Shown in pieces: positions 12,853 to 25,059 of a stretch of 64,000 bases of DNA. Under the pieces are notes generated by a model. That model saw only the letters and a list, made by a program, of their open reading frames with translations, had not been told where the DNA came from and made no database searches. The first letter of the stretch is position 1. The number at the start of each line of letters is the position of its first letter. The stretch covers positions 16,120,001 to 16,184,000 of the forward strand of contig NW_027362765.1 of NCBI RefSeq assembly GCF_046119375.1, in the 5' to 3' direction. This stretch comes from Phyllobates terribilis. Its lineage: Eukaryota. Position numbers and translations under genes: made by a program.

Positions 12853-14847
12853 CTAGAGGTAGGGAGCAAAACTGTTCTGTTCATTTAGACCCCTAGGGGT
12901 CATCGTGTCCAGTATAGCTATCCAGCGACACTCCAGCTGCGCCAAAATGCGTTTGTGATTGCCACCCCTAATCCCGAGGTGTACTCGGTCAATGCCTCTA
13001 AATTGGAGGCATACGGGGTCGCAGTTATGGCACAGCCTGAAGTGTCGCGGGATCGTCTTAAGCAGTGATACATCGGGGGCCTCTCGAGCCGCCAAAACGT
13101 CTCTGATGTGTTCCCTTACTCGGATCCGAAACTCTCTCGATGTGAGTCCCACATAGCTCAACTTGCATGGACATGTGGCCATATACACAATATATGTGAT
13201 ACTACAAGAAATATATTGTGTAATTTTAAAGTTTTTTAGGCCATCTGCAGAAGTAAATGATGTTGTGCGAACTATGTTTCTACAAGCCAGACAGGACCCG
13301 CAGGGAAAGCAACCCCATCTTTGTTTCCCACCCCCAAATAGGGTGGGGGTGGGAGCGACATAGTGGCTTCTAACTAGCGAGTCCTTTAGACTCTTGCCCC
13401 TCCTAGCCGTCATCAAGGGTTTATCAGGTAAAATTTTGTTCAGTGTAGGTTCAGTTTTGAGGATGGACCAATGTTTGGACAGAATCTCTCGTATTTCCCG
13501 CCAACGACTATTATAAGTAGATATAAATCTAATGGGGGGATCCCTCTCAGGTTGTTTTATGGGATTAATTAGGAGAAGATCCCATGGAGTTTTCCTAGCA
13601 CGTTTATAGCCTCTCTTAATACTACGTGTGCTGTACCCACGATCTCGGAATCTCTGGTCAAGGTCCCGAGCCTGAGCCTCAAATGTTACGTCAGAGGAAC
13701 AAATGCGTTTCATCCTCAAATATTGTCCAACAGGAATGGCCCGAATTGTTGAAGGTGTATGGGCTGATGTTGCATGTAACAATGAGTTGACCGCTGTCTC
13801 CTTACGATAAACATCAGTCTCTACCATGCCATTCTGTTGGACAATGATCTTAATGTCCAGAAAGTCAATCTGGTTGTGATCAAACTTATAGGTAAGCCTA
13901 ATGTTCCTATCGTTAAGATTTAAAGAAGCAATGAAGTCATGAAGCTCAGACTCGGGACCCTGCCAGATGATGAAGACATCATCTATATATCTGTACCAGC
14001 ACTGCACATGGGAGGCGGCGCCGGCTCCATCCCCGAAAATCTCCCTCTCCCAGAAACCGAGAAAGAGATTAGCGTAGGACAGAGCACACGCCGCGCCCAT
14101 CGCAGTGCCGCGTTTTTGAAGGAAGAATCTGTCTTTGAATGTGAAAAAATTATGGGTAAGTATGAAATTCAATAATTCCAAGATCAAGGCACAAAGTGAG
14201 GCAGCTAAATCACTGGCTGCAAGGAAAAACTCCACGGCTCGTAGTCCATCCTCATGTCCTATGCTCGTATACAGTGACTCCACGTTAACCGCCACCAAAA
14301 TCATATCCGTGTCAAGATATAGGCCATCAATCTTCCTAAGGACGTCCCCTGTGTCTCTGACATAGGAGGGCAGCGTTTCAACCAACGGATGGAGGTAATG
14401 TTCAATGAATTTACAAATAGGATCGCACAGCCCTCCAATGCCAGAGACAATGGGACGTCCCGGGGGTTCTAGAGGATTCTTGTGAATTTTGGGTAGCAGG
14501 TAAAGAGTAGGAACTATTGGGCACTTAATAAGAAGACCATCAAAGATTTTTTAGGAATAATTCCCTGCTCATATGCCCGCTCCAAAATGTCAAGAAGTAC
14601 AGCCGAAAAGGCTGCCAGAGGATTACTGGATAGAGGAATATAAGTTGTCCAGTCCCGGAGTAGCCTAAAGGCCTCTCTCTCATATTTTGTGACTGGCCAG
14701 ACCACAACGTTCCCTCCCTTGTCCGCAGGCTTAAACACCACATCTTTAATAGATTGTAGTTCCCTAAGTGCTTATCGCTGTCCCGGGGTAAGATTATCAT
14801 TCCTAAACCTCCCAGATAGATTCCTAAGATCATCACTGACAAGTTTG
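12853..14847 (-). pseudogene. PLE copy 2, 5'-truncated RT plus GIY-YIG (510-aa open segment at 12853-14385)
   Basis: The ORF track shows an uninterrupted RT-to-endonuclease frame. Confidence 0.88.
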
Positions 14848-16321
14848 ATTGATGGCCTATATCTTGACACGGATATGATTTTGGTGGCGGTTGACGTGGA
14901 GTCACTGTATACGAGCATAGGACATGAGGATGGACTACGAGCCGTGGAGTTTTTCCCTGCAGCCAGTGATTTAGCTGCCTCACTTTGTGCCTTGATCTTG
15001 AAATTATTGAATTTCATACTTACCCATAATTTTTTCACATTCAAAGACAGATTCTTCCTTCAAAAACGCGGCACTGCGATGGGCGCGGCGTGTGCTCTGT
15101 CCTACGCTAATCTCTTTCTCGGTTTCTGGGAGAGGGAGATTTTCGGGGATGGAGCCGGCGCCGCCTCCCATGTGCAGTGCTGGTACAGATATATAGATGA
15201 TGTCTTCATCATCTGGCAGGGTCCCGAGTCTGAGCTTCATGACTTCATTGCCTCTTTAAATCTTAACGATAGGAACATTAGGCTTACCTATAAGTTTGAT
15301 CACAACCAGATTGACTTTCTGGACATTAAGATCATTGTCCAACAGAATGGCATGGTAGAGACTGATGTTTATCGTAAGGAGACAGCGGTCAACTCATTTT
15401 TACATGCAACATCAGCCCATACACCTTCAACAATTCGGGCCATTCCTGTTGGACAATATTTGAGGATGAAACGGTTCCTCTGACGTAACATTTGAGGCTC
15501 AGGCTCGGGACCTTGACCAGAGATTCCGAGATCGTGGGTACAGCACACGTAGTATTAAGAGAGGCTATAAACGTGCTAGGAAAACTCCACGGGATCTTCT
15601 CCTAATTAATCCCATAAAACAACCTGAGAGGGATCCCCCCATTAGATTTATATCTACTTATAATAGTCGTTGGCGGGAAATACGAGAGATTCTGTCCAAA
15701 CATTGGTCCATCCTCAAAACTGAACCTACACTGAACAAAATTTTACCTGATAAACCCTTGATGACGGCTAGGAGGGGCAAGAGTCTAAAGGACTCGCTAG
15801 TTAGAAGCCACTATGTCGCTCCCACCCCCACCCTATTTGGGGGTGGGAAACAAAGATGGGGTTGCTTTCCCTGCGGGTCCTGTCTGGCTTGTAGAAACAT
15901 AGTTCGCACAACATCATTTACTTCTGCAGATGGCCTAAAAAACTTTAAAATTACACAATATATTTCTTGTAGTACCACATATATTGTGTATATGGCCACA
16001 TGTCCGTGCAATTTGAGCTATGTGGGACTCACATCGAGAGAGTTTCGGATCCGAGTCAGGGAACACATCAGAGACGTTTTGGCGGCTCGAGAGGCCCCCG
16101 ATGTATCACTGCTTAAGACGATCCCGCGACACTTCAGACTGTGCCATAACTGCGACCCCGTATGCCTCCAATTTAGAGGCATTGACCGAGTACACCTCGG
16201 GATTAGGGGTGGCAATCACAAACGCATTTTGGCGCAGCTGGAGTGTCGCTGGATAGCTATACTGGACACGATGACCCCTAGGGGTCTAAATGAACAGAAC
16301 AGTTTTGCTCCCTACCTCTAG
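14848..16321 (+). pseudogene. PLE copy 3 (inverted), RT plus GIY-YIG with a small deletion near 15470
   Basis: ORFs 14689-15483 and 15758-16321 match copies 1 and 2 on the opposite strand. Confidence 0.88.
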
Positions 16322-16699
16322 TTCCATATGCCCTTCTCCTTCTGTTTTTATTATGTGGATTTTAATTCTTTTGTTCTTTTTTAGCATTTACGTCATCATT
16401 TATTTCATTTCTGGAATACCTCTCGGACCTATTTGGGATCAGCCCTTTGTTATTGTATATGGACAAGTCTTTCATCGCATATATCTGTGAACAACACATA
16501 TTGGAGGACTCCTCAGACATCTATATTTGCATATTGTTAACCATAACGCTTGCTGAAGGAATGATACTTTCTTGGTAGATTTTGTGTATATTGCAATTAA
16601 TTGTGAAAACCTTTATTTATGCAATGTTTTATGGTTGATTGTCTTCCTGGTGCGTTGTTACCTGTCCCATGTATGGCTGCCCATCCTTTCTCCCTTACC

Positions 16700-16925
16700 C
16701 AATATGGCTGCCGCCGTGTGACGCATGCGCGAGATTGTCCCCGTCCGACTGCGTCCTTAAGGCTTCCGTATGGCGGAAGTGTGGGCCATTGACGTCAGTG
16801 GAACGCATTGTTCCCGCCCACACTTCCGCTGGGAATTAGCCGGAAATGACGCGGCGGAGGTCATCGCGCATGCGCCGTGACTATCGGCGTGTACACCTGT
16901 AGGGTAGGGAAGTGGGGTATATAAT
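16700..16925 (+). promoter_or_regulatory. CpG-rich Pol II promoter in the PLE pLTR (mirrored on the minus strand at ~7925-8160 and ~12245-12480)
   Basis: YY1-like aatatggctgcc (16701), NRF1-like cgcatgcgc (16722 and 16867), inverted ETS cggaagtg / cacttccg (16774, 16821), CRE tgacgtca (16790) and TATATAA (16918-16924). Confidence 0.55.
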
Positions 16926-16952
16926 GATGGCGGTCCACGTGTAAAACCACAG

Positions 16953-16990
16953 CCCCCCGAGGAAGCTATATGCGAGACGCGCGTCGGGGC
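16953..16990 (+). ncRNA. Hammerhead-like motif, PLE copy 3 (GAAA mutated to GAGA, likely inactive)
   Basis: cccgaggaagctatatgcgagacgcgcgtcgggg. Confidence 0.55.
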
Positions 16991-17473
16991 CTCAGCGCGG
17001 CATATGAGGTTATTTAACACATGGGTGAGCCATCTGTTATGATGTAGATATTATCCATATTTGCTTTGTATGCATGTAAGAAGGGTTGGAATCGTCATTG
17101 AACTTACACATTTGTGGATTCCTTCCCACCTGTATTCTGTTGACTGTATACACTGTCATTTGGATTTATTATCTGTGTGCCCCCTACTTTATGGGGCTAG
17201 TCACATATGCATGAGAGTACAATCTCTGACTAAGTGTTGCCAGATGACCCCCTGTGTATCTCTGTACACAATTGCCGCTCTGTCTTTGTGTTTTTCACCC
17301 CTAGTGACCTGTTAACTTTCAATATTCTTTCAATTTTAATATTTGTATTTAATAAAGCTTTCAATTTTAATACCATTTAGTACTACTCCATACTTCTTTT
17401 TGGGGGTTATACTCCATGTCTTTATAGGTTATCTATTGGGTACAGTTACCTACCTATTGAAATACCGGTTGAT

Positions 17474-18718
17474 TTAACTTTTCTCGTTCTTCATTTTAAA
17501 TATTGTATTTGTTCCAGTATTGTTTTTTTTACTACAAAATAAGATATGTGCAGTGTGCATAGGAATTTGTTCATAGTTTTTTTTAAAAACTATATTCCGG
17601 CCCTCCAATGGTCTGAGGGACCGTGAACTGGCCCCCTGTTTAAAAAGTTTGAGGACCCCTGTTCTAGGTTCTTCAAAGTAGCCACCTTTTGCTTTGATGA
17701 CTGCTTTGCACACTCTTGGCATTCTCTCGATGAGCTTCAAGAGGTAGTCACCAGAAATGGTCTTCCAACAATCTTGAAGGATTTCCCAGAGATGCTTAGC
17801 ACTTGTTGGCCCTTTTGCCTTCACTCTGCGGTCCAGCTCACCCCAAACCATCTCGATTGGGTTCAGGTCTGGTGACTGTGGAGGCCAGGTCATCTGGCAA
17901 AGCACCCCATCACTCTCCTTCTTGGTCAAATAGCCCTTACACAGCCTGGAGGTGTGTTTGGGGTCATTGTCCTGTTGAAAAATAAATGATGGTCCAACTA
18001 AACGCCAACCGGATGGAATAGCATGCCGCTGCAAGATGCTGTGGTAGCCATGCTGGTTCAGTATGCCTTCAATTTTGAATAAATTCCCAATAGTGTCAAC
18101 AGTGTCACCAGCAAAGCACCCCCACACCATCACACCTCCTCCTCCATGCTTCACGGTAGGAACCAGGCATGTAGAGTCCATCCGTTCACCTTTTCTGCGT
18201 CGCACAAAGACACGGTGGTTGGAACCAAAGATCTCAAATTTGGACTCATCAGACCAAAGCACAGATTTCCACTGGTCTAATGTCCATTCGTTGTGTTCTT
18301 TAGCCCAAACAAGTCTCTTCTGCTTGTTGCCTGTCCTTAGCAGTGGTTTCCTAGCAGCTATTTTACCATGAAGGCCTGCTGCACAAAGTCTCCTCTTAAC
18401 AGTTGTTGAAGAGATGTGTCTGCTGCTAGAACTCTGTGTGGCATTGACCTGGTCTCTAATCTGAGCTGCTGTTAACCTGCGATTTCTGAGGCTGGTGACT
18501 TGGATAAACTTATCCTCAGAACCAGAGGTGACTCTTGATCTTCCTTTCCTGGGGCAGTCCTCATGTGAGCCAGTTTCTTTGTAGTGCTTGATGGTTTTTG
18601 CAACTGCACTTGAGGACACTTTCAAAGTTTTCCCAATTTTTAACACTGACTGACCTTCATTTCTTAAAGCAATGATGGCTACTCGTTTTTCTTTACTTAT
18701 CTGCTTTTTTCTTGCCAT
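17474..18718 (-). CDS. Uninterrupted DD38E transposase ORF fused to a ~66-aa tail read from the hAT terminus
   Basis: MARKKQ...WSDESKF...QQDNDPKH...SPDLNPIE...YFEEPR then TGVLKLFKQG...EKS*. It also carries a 3-aa duplication (DTVDTI). Confidence 0.6.
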   Translation of the reverse strand: MARKKQISKEKRVAIIALRNEGQSVLKIGKTLKVSSSAVAKTIKHYKETGSHEDCPRKGRSRVTSGSEDKFIQVTSLRNRRLTAAQIRDQVNATQSSSSRHISSTTVKRRLCAAGLHGKIAARKPLLRTGNKQKRLVWAKEHNEWTLDQWKSVLWSDESKFEIFGSNHRVFVRRRKGERMDSTCLVPTVKHGGGGVMVWGCFAGDTVDTIGNLFKIEGILNQHGYHSILQRHAIPSGWRLVGPSFIFQQDNDPKHTSRLCKGYLTKKESDGVLCQMTWPPQSPDLNPIEMVWGELDRRVKAKGPTSAKHLWEILQDCWKTISGDYLLKLIERMPRVCKAVIKAKGGYFEEPRTGVLKLFKQGASSRSLRPLEGRNIVFKKNYEQIPMHTAHILFCSKKNNTGTNTIFKMKNEKS

Positions 18719-19127
18719 AATACACATTCTAACAGTCTATTCAGTAGGACTATCAGCTGTGTATCCACCAGACTTCTGCACAACACAACTGATGGTCCCA
18801 ACCCCATTTATAAGGCAAGAAATCCCACTTATTAAACCTGACAGGGCACACCTGTGAAGTGAAAACCATTTCCGGTGACTACCTCTTGAAGCTCATCAAG
18901 AGAATGCCAAGAGTGTGCAAAGCAGTCATCAAAGCAAAAGGTGGCTACTTTGAAGAACCTAGAATATAAGACATAATTTCAGTTGTTTCACACTTTTTTG
19001 TTAAGTATATAATTCCACATGTGTTAATTCATAGTTTTGATGCCTTCAGTGTGAATGTACAATTTTCATAGTCATGAAAATACAGAAAAATCTTTAAATG
19101 AGGTTTGTCCAATCTTTTGGTCTGTAC

Positions 19128-19129
<2 letters not shown>
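17662..19129 (-). mobile_element. Tc1 DD38E element, copy 2 (duplicated part)
   Basis: Matches 2874-4344; TIR ends ...ggtctgtactg at 19129. Confidence 0.9.
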
Positions 19130-19182
<53 letters not shown>

Positions 19183-19200
19183 AATATATATACATACATA

Positions 19201-21237
19201 CAGGTGCATCTCACTAAATTAGAACATCATCAAAAATGTATTTCAGTTCTTCAATACAAACAGTGAAACTCATATATTTTATAGAATCAATACAAACAAG
19301 AGTGATCTATTTCAAGTGTTTATTTCCGTTAACGTTGATGATTATGGCTTACAGCCAATGAAAACACAAAAGTCATTATCTCAGTAAATTAGAATACTTT
19401 ATAACAACAGCTTCAAAAATGTTTTTAAAATCTGAAATGTTGGCCTACTGAAATGTATGTTCAGTAAATGCAGTCAATACTTGGTTGGGCTCCTTTTGCA
19501 TCAATTACTGCATCAATGCGGCGTGGCATGAAGGCGATCAGCCTGTGGCACTGCTGAGGTGTTATGGAAGCCCAGGTTGCTTTGATAGCAGCTTTCAGCT
19601 CGTCTGCATTGTTGGGTCTGGTGTCTCTCATCTTCCTCTTGACAATGCCCCATAGATTCTCTATGGGGTTAAGGTCAGGCGAGTTTGCTGGCCAATCAAG
19701 CACAGTGATACTGTTGTTTGTAAACCAGGTATTGGTACTTTTGGCCGTGTGGACAGGTGCCAAGTCCTGATGGAGAATGAAATTTCCATCTCCAAAAAGC
19801 TTGTCGGCAGAGGGAAGCATGAAGTGCTCTAAAATTTCCTGGTAGATCGCTGCGCTGACTTTGGTCTTGATAAAACACAGTGGACCTACACCAGCAGATG
19901 ACATGGCTCCCCAAACCATCACTGATTGTGGAAACTTCACACTAGACCTCAAGCAGCTTGGATTGTGTGCCTCTCTACTCTTCCTCCAGACTCTGGGACC
20001 TTGATTTTCAAATGAAAATTGGAACTCTGGGACCTTGTGGAGTGTGTCAATGACTGCCCTCTGGACATTTGTCAAGTCAGCAATCTTCCCCATGATTGTG
20101 GAGCCTACTGAAACAGACTAAGGGACCTTTTTTGATGCTTAGGAAGCCTTTGCAGGTGTTTTTTGTTAATTATTTTAATTTACTGAGATAATGACTTTTG
20201 TGTTTTCATTGGCTGTAAGCCATAATCATCAACATTAATATAAATAAATCACTCTGTTTGTAATGACTGATATAATATAGGAGTTTCACTTTTTGTATTG
20301 AAGAACTGAAATAAGGCTATGTGCCCATGATGCAGAAATGCTCCGGATTTTTTTTGAGCGTTTCTGCATCTCCTTGGCAGAAAAAACGCATGCGGATTGT
20401 ACATGCGTTTTTCCTGCCAGGGACAAGCGGATGTGAAGCATTCTTCACATGCATTTCCACATGCGGGTTGTCAAGCTCTTTCCAAGCGATTTTAGCATCA
20501 CTTGGAAAGTGCTTGACAACTTGGTCACTCTATATAAATCCATGCAACCGGCATGGATTTATATAGTGTGACCGAAAGAATGGTAAAAAAAAATATTATA
20601 CTTACCTTCCGATGGCCCCCCGGTGTCTTTTTCTGATGCGTCCTAGCTTGCTGGCAGCTCACGGTACACTAAAGGACCTGCCGACGTCAGCGGTCGCGTG
20701 ACCCGTCACATGACTAAATGACGTCATGGCAGGTCCTTGAGTCCACCGCGAGCTGCTGGCAAGCCAGGACGCATCGGTAAAGACACCAGGGGCCATCAGA
20801 AGGTAAGTATAATGTATATTTTTTATTTTATTCTTTTTTTTACAGATACTATGGTACCAGGGTCCGGAGGAGTCTCTTCTTCTCCAAACCCGGGTACCAT
20901 CCTCACATTGAAATGCATGGATTCCGCATGTACAGATGCAGTTATGCGGATTCCATGCGTTCTAATGCAAGTCAATGGCGGCGAAAACGCAGCGCTTCCG
21001 CAAAATAATTGGTAGTGCTGCGGATTGTTCCGCAATGATAATCCGCAGCGGAAATTCCCGCAGCATGTGCACAGCACATGTGGATTATCATTGGGGAACA
21101 TGGCAGGCCTTCTACCAAGCGTTTTTTAAGCGTTTCTGCAGCGGAATTGCCGCTGTGGAAACGCTTAAAAAACGCATAGTGGGCACACAGCCTAAATTAA
21201 CTTTTTGATGATATTCTAATTTAGTGAGATGCACCTG
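19201..21237 (-). mobile_element. Internally deleted Tc1 (DD34E), copy 2, both TIRs present
   Basis: caggtgcatctcactaaattag / ctaatttagtgagatgcacctg with TA flanks; the 210-aa ORF joins the N-terminus directly to the catalytic C-terminal half. Confidence 0.88.
20315..21192. mobile_element. PIF/Harbinger-type MITE inserted in the Tc1 TIR
   Basis: TIR ggctatgtgccca / tgggcacacagcc and 3-bp TSD TAA on both sides. Confidence 0.85.
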
Positions 21238-21649
21238 TATATATATACACACACACACTTGTGGAATACCTCAAGCTAACTATTAAACCACCATTCCTGT
21301 CGCTCACTCAGCAGCACCTCTCCTTACTCTGCCTGTCTGAAGGGTAGACTATGACGAGCATAGGGTCATCAGGTCTTAGACCCAATGACGCTATGCAGCC
21401 AGCCAATCACTGTAATGCCATAACCAAGATGGCTACGGCGTTACAGTGAGTGGCAAACAATCCCTGCATGTTCATTGTTCTAAAGAGAGCCAAACATGCA
21501 GGGAGGAGACCCGAGCTCCCGCCCGAGGATCCCAGAAATACTCGAATTTCGAGCATCTCGAGTAGTGAGATGCTCGGGCCAGTACCAAGCACGCTCGCTC
21601 ATCACTAGTCAGCGCTGAACCTTCTACAGTGGAGGCTAAAATGAGGTCC

Positions 21650-21830
21650 TCAAAAAAATCACCTCCGATCTAGACGCAACCCCACATATATGGCTGTTCT
21701 GTGCACACAGGACCTGTGATGAGGTCACAGGAGGGGAGGAGTCAGGGGTCACATGATCAGGGGCCTCAGTGGATGCAGGACTCTGCTGTGCTGGTTGTCA
21801 TGGTGCTGGATGAGCTGAAGTTTATGTGTG
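21650..21830 (-). promoter_or_regulatory. Possible promoter / non-coding first exon of a minus-strand gene beyond the left edge
   Basis: E-box CACATG (21750), gtgatgaggtcac palindrome, GGAGGGGAGG box, YY1-like atatggc and a weak donor near 21661, next to a CpG-rich array. Motif evidence only. Confidence 0.25.
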
Positions 21831-21860
21831 GGGTCAGGAGGGGTTTACAGTGTGGATGTA

Positions 21861-24530
21861 GCAGAGCCGTGTGTGTACGAGGTGTACGGAGCAGAGCCGT
21901 GTGTGTACGAGGTGTACGGAGCAGAGCCGTGTGTGTACGAGGCGTACGGAGCAGAGCCGCGTGCGTACGAGGTGTACGGAGCAGAGCCGCGTGTGTACGA
22001 GGTGTACGGAGCAGAGCCGCGTGTGTGCGAGGTGTACGGAGCAGAGCCGCGTGTGTACGGAGCAGAGTCGCGTGTGTACGAGGTGTACGGAGTGGAGCCG
22101 TGTGTGTACGAGGTGTACGGAGTGGAGCCGTGTGTGTACGAGGTGTACGGAGCGGAGCCGTGTGTGTACGAGGTGTACGGAGCGGAGCCGCGTGTGTACG
22201 AGGTGTACGGAGCAGAGCCGCGTGTGTACGAGGTGTACGGAGCGGAGCCGCGTGTGTACGAGGTGTACGGAGCGGAGCCGTGTGTGTACGAGGTGTACGG
22301 AACGGAGCCGCGTGTGTACGAGGTGTACGGAGCGGAGCCGCGTGTGTGTACGAGGTGTACGGAGCGGAGCCGCGCGTGTACGAGATGTACGGAGCAGAGC
22401 CGCGTGTGTACGAGGTGTACGGAGCAGAGCCGCGTGTGTGTACGAGGTGTACGGAGCGGAGCCGCGTGTGTGTACGAGGTGTACGGAGCGGAGCCGCGCG
22501 TGTACGAGGCGTACGGAGCGGAGCCGCGCGTGTACGAGGCGTACGGAGCAGAGCCGCGCGTGTACGAGGCGTACGGAGCAGAGCCGCGCGTGTACGAGGC
22601 GTACGGAGCAGAGCCGCGCGTGTACGAGGCGTACGGAGCAGAGCCGCGCGTGTACGAGGCGTACGGAGCAGAGCCGCGCGTGTACGAGGCGTACGGAGCA
22701 GAGCCGCGCGTGTACGAGGCGTACGGAGCAGAGCCGCGCGTGTACGAGGCGTACGGAGCAGAGCCGCGCGTGTACGAGGCGTACGGAGCAGAGCCGCGCG
22801 TGTACGAGGCGTACGGAGCAGAGCCGCGCGTGTACGAGGCGTACGGAGCAGAGCCGCGCGTGTACGAGGCGTACGGAGCAGAGCCGCGCGTGTACGAGGC
22901 GTACGGAGCAGAGCCGCGCGTGTACGAGGCGTACGGAGCGGAGCCGCTCGTGTACGAGGCGTACGGAGCGGAGCCGCGCGTGTACGAGGCGTACGGAGCG
23001 GAGCCGCTCGTGTACGAGGTGTACGGAGCGGAGCCGCGCGTGTACGAGGTGTACGGAGCGGAGCCGCGTGTGTATACGGTGTACGGAGCGGAGCCGCGTG
23101 TGTACGAGGTGTACGGAGCGGAGCCGCGTGTGTACGAGATGTACGGAGCGGAGCCACGCGTGTACGAGGTGTACGGAGCGGAGCCGCTCGTGTACGAGGT
23201 GTACGGAGCGGAGCCGCTCGTGTACGAGGTGTACGGAGCGGAGCCGCGCGTGTACGAGGTGTACGGAGCGGAGCCGCGTGTGTATACGGTGTACGGAGCG
23301 GAGCCGCGTGTGTACGAGGTGTACGGAGCGGAGCCGTGTGTGTACGAGATGTACGGAGCGGAGCCACGCGTGTACGAGGTGTACGGAGCGGAGCCGCGCG
23401 TGTACGAGGCATACAGAGAGGAGCCACGCGTGTACGAGGCGTGGGGAGCGGAGCCGCGCGTGTACGAGGTGTATGGAGCGGAGCCGCACGTGTACGAGGC
23501 GTACGGAGCGGAGCCGCGCGTGTACGAGGCGTACGGAGCAGAGCCGCGCGTGTACGAGGCGTACGGAGCAGAGCCGCGCGTGTACGAGGCGTACGGAGCA
23601 GAGCCGCGCGTGTACGAGGCGTACGGAGCAGAGCCGCGCGTGTACGAGGCGTACGGAGCAGAGCCGCGCGTGTACGAGGCGTACGGAGCAGAGCCGCGCG
23701 TGTACGAGGCGTACGGAGCAGAGCCGCTCGTGTACGAGGTGTACGGAGCGGAGCCGCGCGTGTACGAGGTGTACGGAGCGGAGCCGCGCGTGTACGAGGT
23801 GTACGGAGCGGAGCCGCGTGTGTATACGGTGTACGGAGCGGAGCCGCGTGTGTACGAGGTGTACGGAGCGGAGCCGTGTGTGTACGAGATGTACGGAGCG
23901 GAGCCACGCGTGTACGAGGTGTACGGAGCGGAGCCGCGCGTGTACGAGGCATACAGAGAGGAGCCACGCGTGTACGAGGCGTGGGGAGCGGAGCCGCGCG
24001 TGTACGAGGTGTATGGAGCGGAGCCGCACGTGTACGAGGCGTACGGAGCGGAGCCTTGTGTGTACAGAGCCGTGTGTGTGCGGAGCTGTGTGCGTACGGA
24101 GCGGAGCCGTGTGTGTACAGAGTGGAGCCATGTGTATATGGAGTGGAGCCGTGTGTGTGCGGAGCCGAGTCGTGTGTGTACGAGGTGTACGGATCGGTGT
24201 ATATATGGAGCCGTGTGTGTACGGAGCGGAGCCGTGTGTGTGCGGAGTCGTGTGTGTACGAGGTGTACGGATCGGTGTATATATGGAGTCGTGTGTGTAC
24301 GGAGCAGTGTGTGTACAAGGTGTACGGAGTCGTGTGTGTACAGAGCAATGTGTGTACAGAGCAGTGTGTGTACGGAGCCGTGTGTTTGCGGAGTCGTGTG
24401 TGTACGAGGTGTACGGATCGGTGTATATATGGAGTCGTGTGTGTACGGAGCCGTGTGTGTACAGAGCCATGTGTGTACAGAGCCGTGTGTGTACAGAGCC
24501 GTGTGTGTATGGAGCCATGTGTGTACGCTG
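21861..24530. repeat. 30-bp CpG-rich minisatellite (gtgtacgaggcgtacggagcagagccgcgc), ~90 units
   Basis: Exact 30-bp period over long stretches; the ends are degenerate. Confidence 0.95.
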
Positions 24531-25059
24531 TATACAGCTGTATACCCCCCAGGTTCGGTCGGAGACACCGCGGCTCTTTTTCAGACTGTAGAAGAACTGA
24601 CACTGGACACTCGGTAAAACTGCGCTCGGACGTTTCTTGTTTCTCGCACAGATATTGATAACATAAGATGGAGTCAGACAAACCCTCCTACAAAACCTGA
24701 TAACAAAGTCATTACTACAGGACTGGATGAGAAAGGGATTTATTCTACAAGAAACACTGGGGCCACAAATGAGAGAATCCGGGCCCCGTGGCTGGATACT
24801 CCGGGCCCCCAGCGTGTTAGGAGCAGACGGGGTCTTTGTCCCTGGAGCTTCTCTGCTCGGTATAATGAGACTCCGATCTTGTTCTTATAAAGAGGGTTGG
24901 AGTAAAATAGAAGCTGCCTGAATATGAGGACCTTGTCTGATCTCTATGTCCTTGTGTACAGAGCTATGGAGATAGCGCTATTCTCTGTATAATAGATGTG
25001 ATGTCGCTGGAGCCCTAATATTCCTGTACAGGGGTCTCTGTAGAGATAATCTTACCCCA

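Larger units (their letters stand above)
7340..17432. mobile_element. Penelope-like retroelement (Neptune-type) composite insertion: full copy (-), 5'-truncated copy (-), inverted partial copy (+)
   Basis: 16-bp TSD ctattgggtacagtta (7324-7339, 17433-17448). Unit ~4320 bp (7340-11659), copy 2 at 11660-14847, inverted copy at 14848-17432. Confidence 0.92.
5813..17661. mobile_element. hAT element copy 2 (left end missing), interrupted by the PLE
   Basis: Matches 1124-2873; right TIR at 17647-17661 is followed by ttctaggt. Confidence 0.85.
1124..20616 (+). other. Tandem segmental duplication, unit ~4.7 kb (1124-5815 and 5813-20616; second copy holds the PLE insertion)
   Basis: The order hAT-Tc1-(TA)n-Tc1-MITE repeats. 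The junction at 5813-5815 joins MITE to hAT sequence through a 3-bp GGC microhomology. The copies differ by scattered substitutions. Confidence 0.88.

Noticed and set aside
24553-24612. Small plus-strand exon after the minisatellite
   Set aside because: Only weak AG/GT signals and no supporting homology.
21701-24681. Six ~900-aa ORFs as real proteins
   Set aside because: They are by-products of a stop-free 30-bp repeat; open in all frames with no domain or splice evidence.
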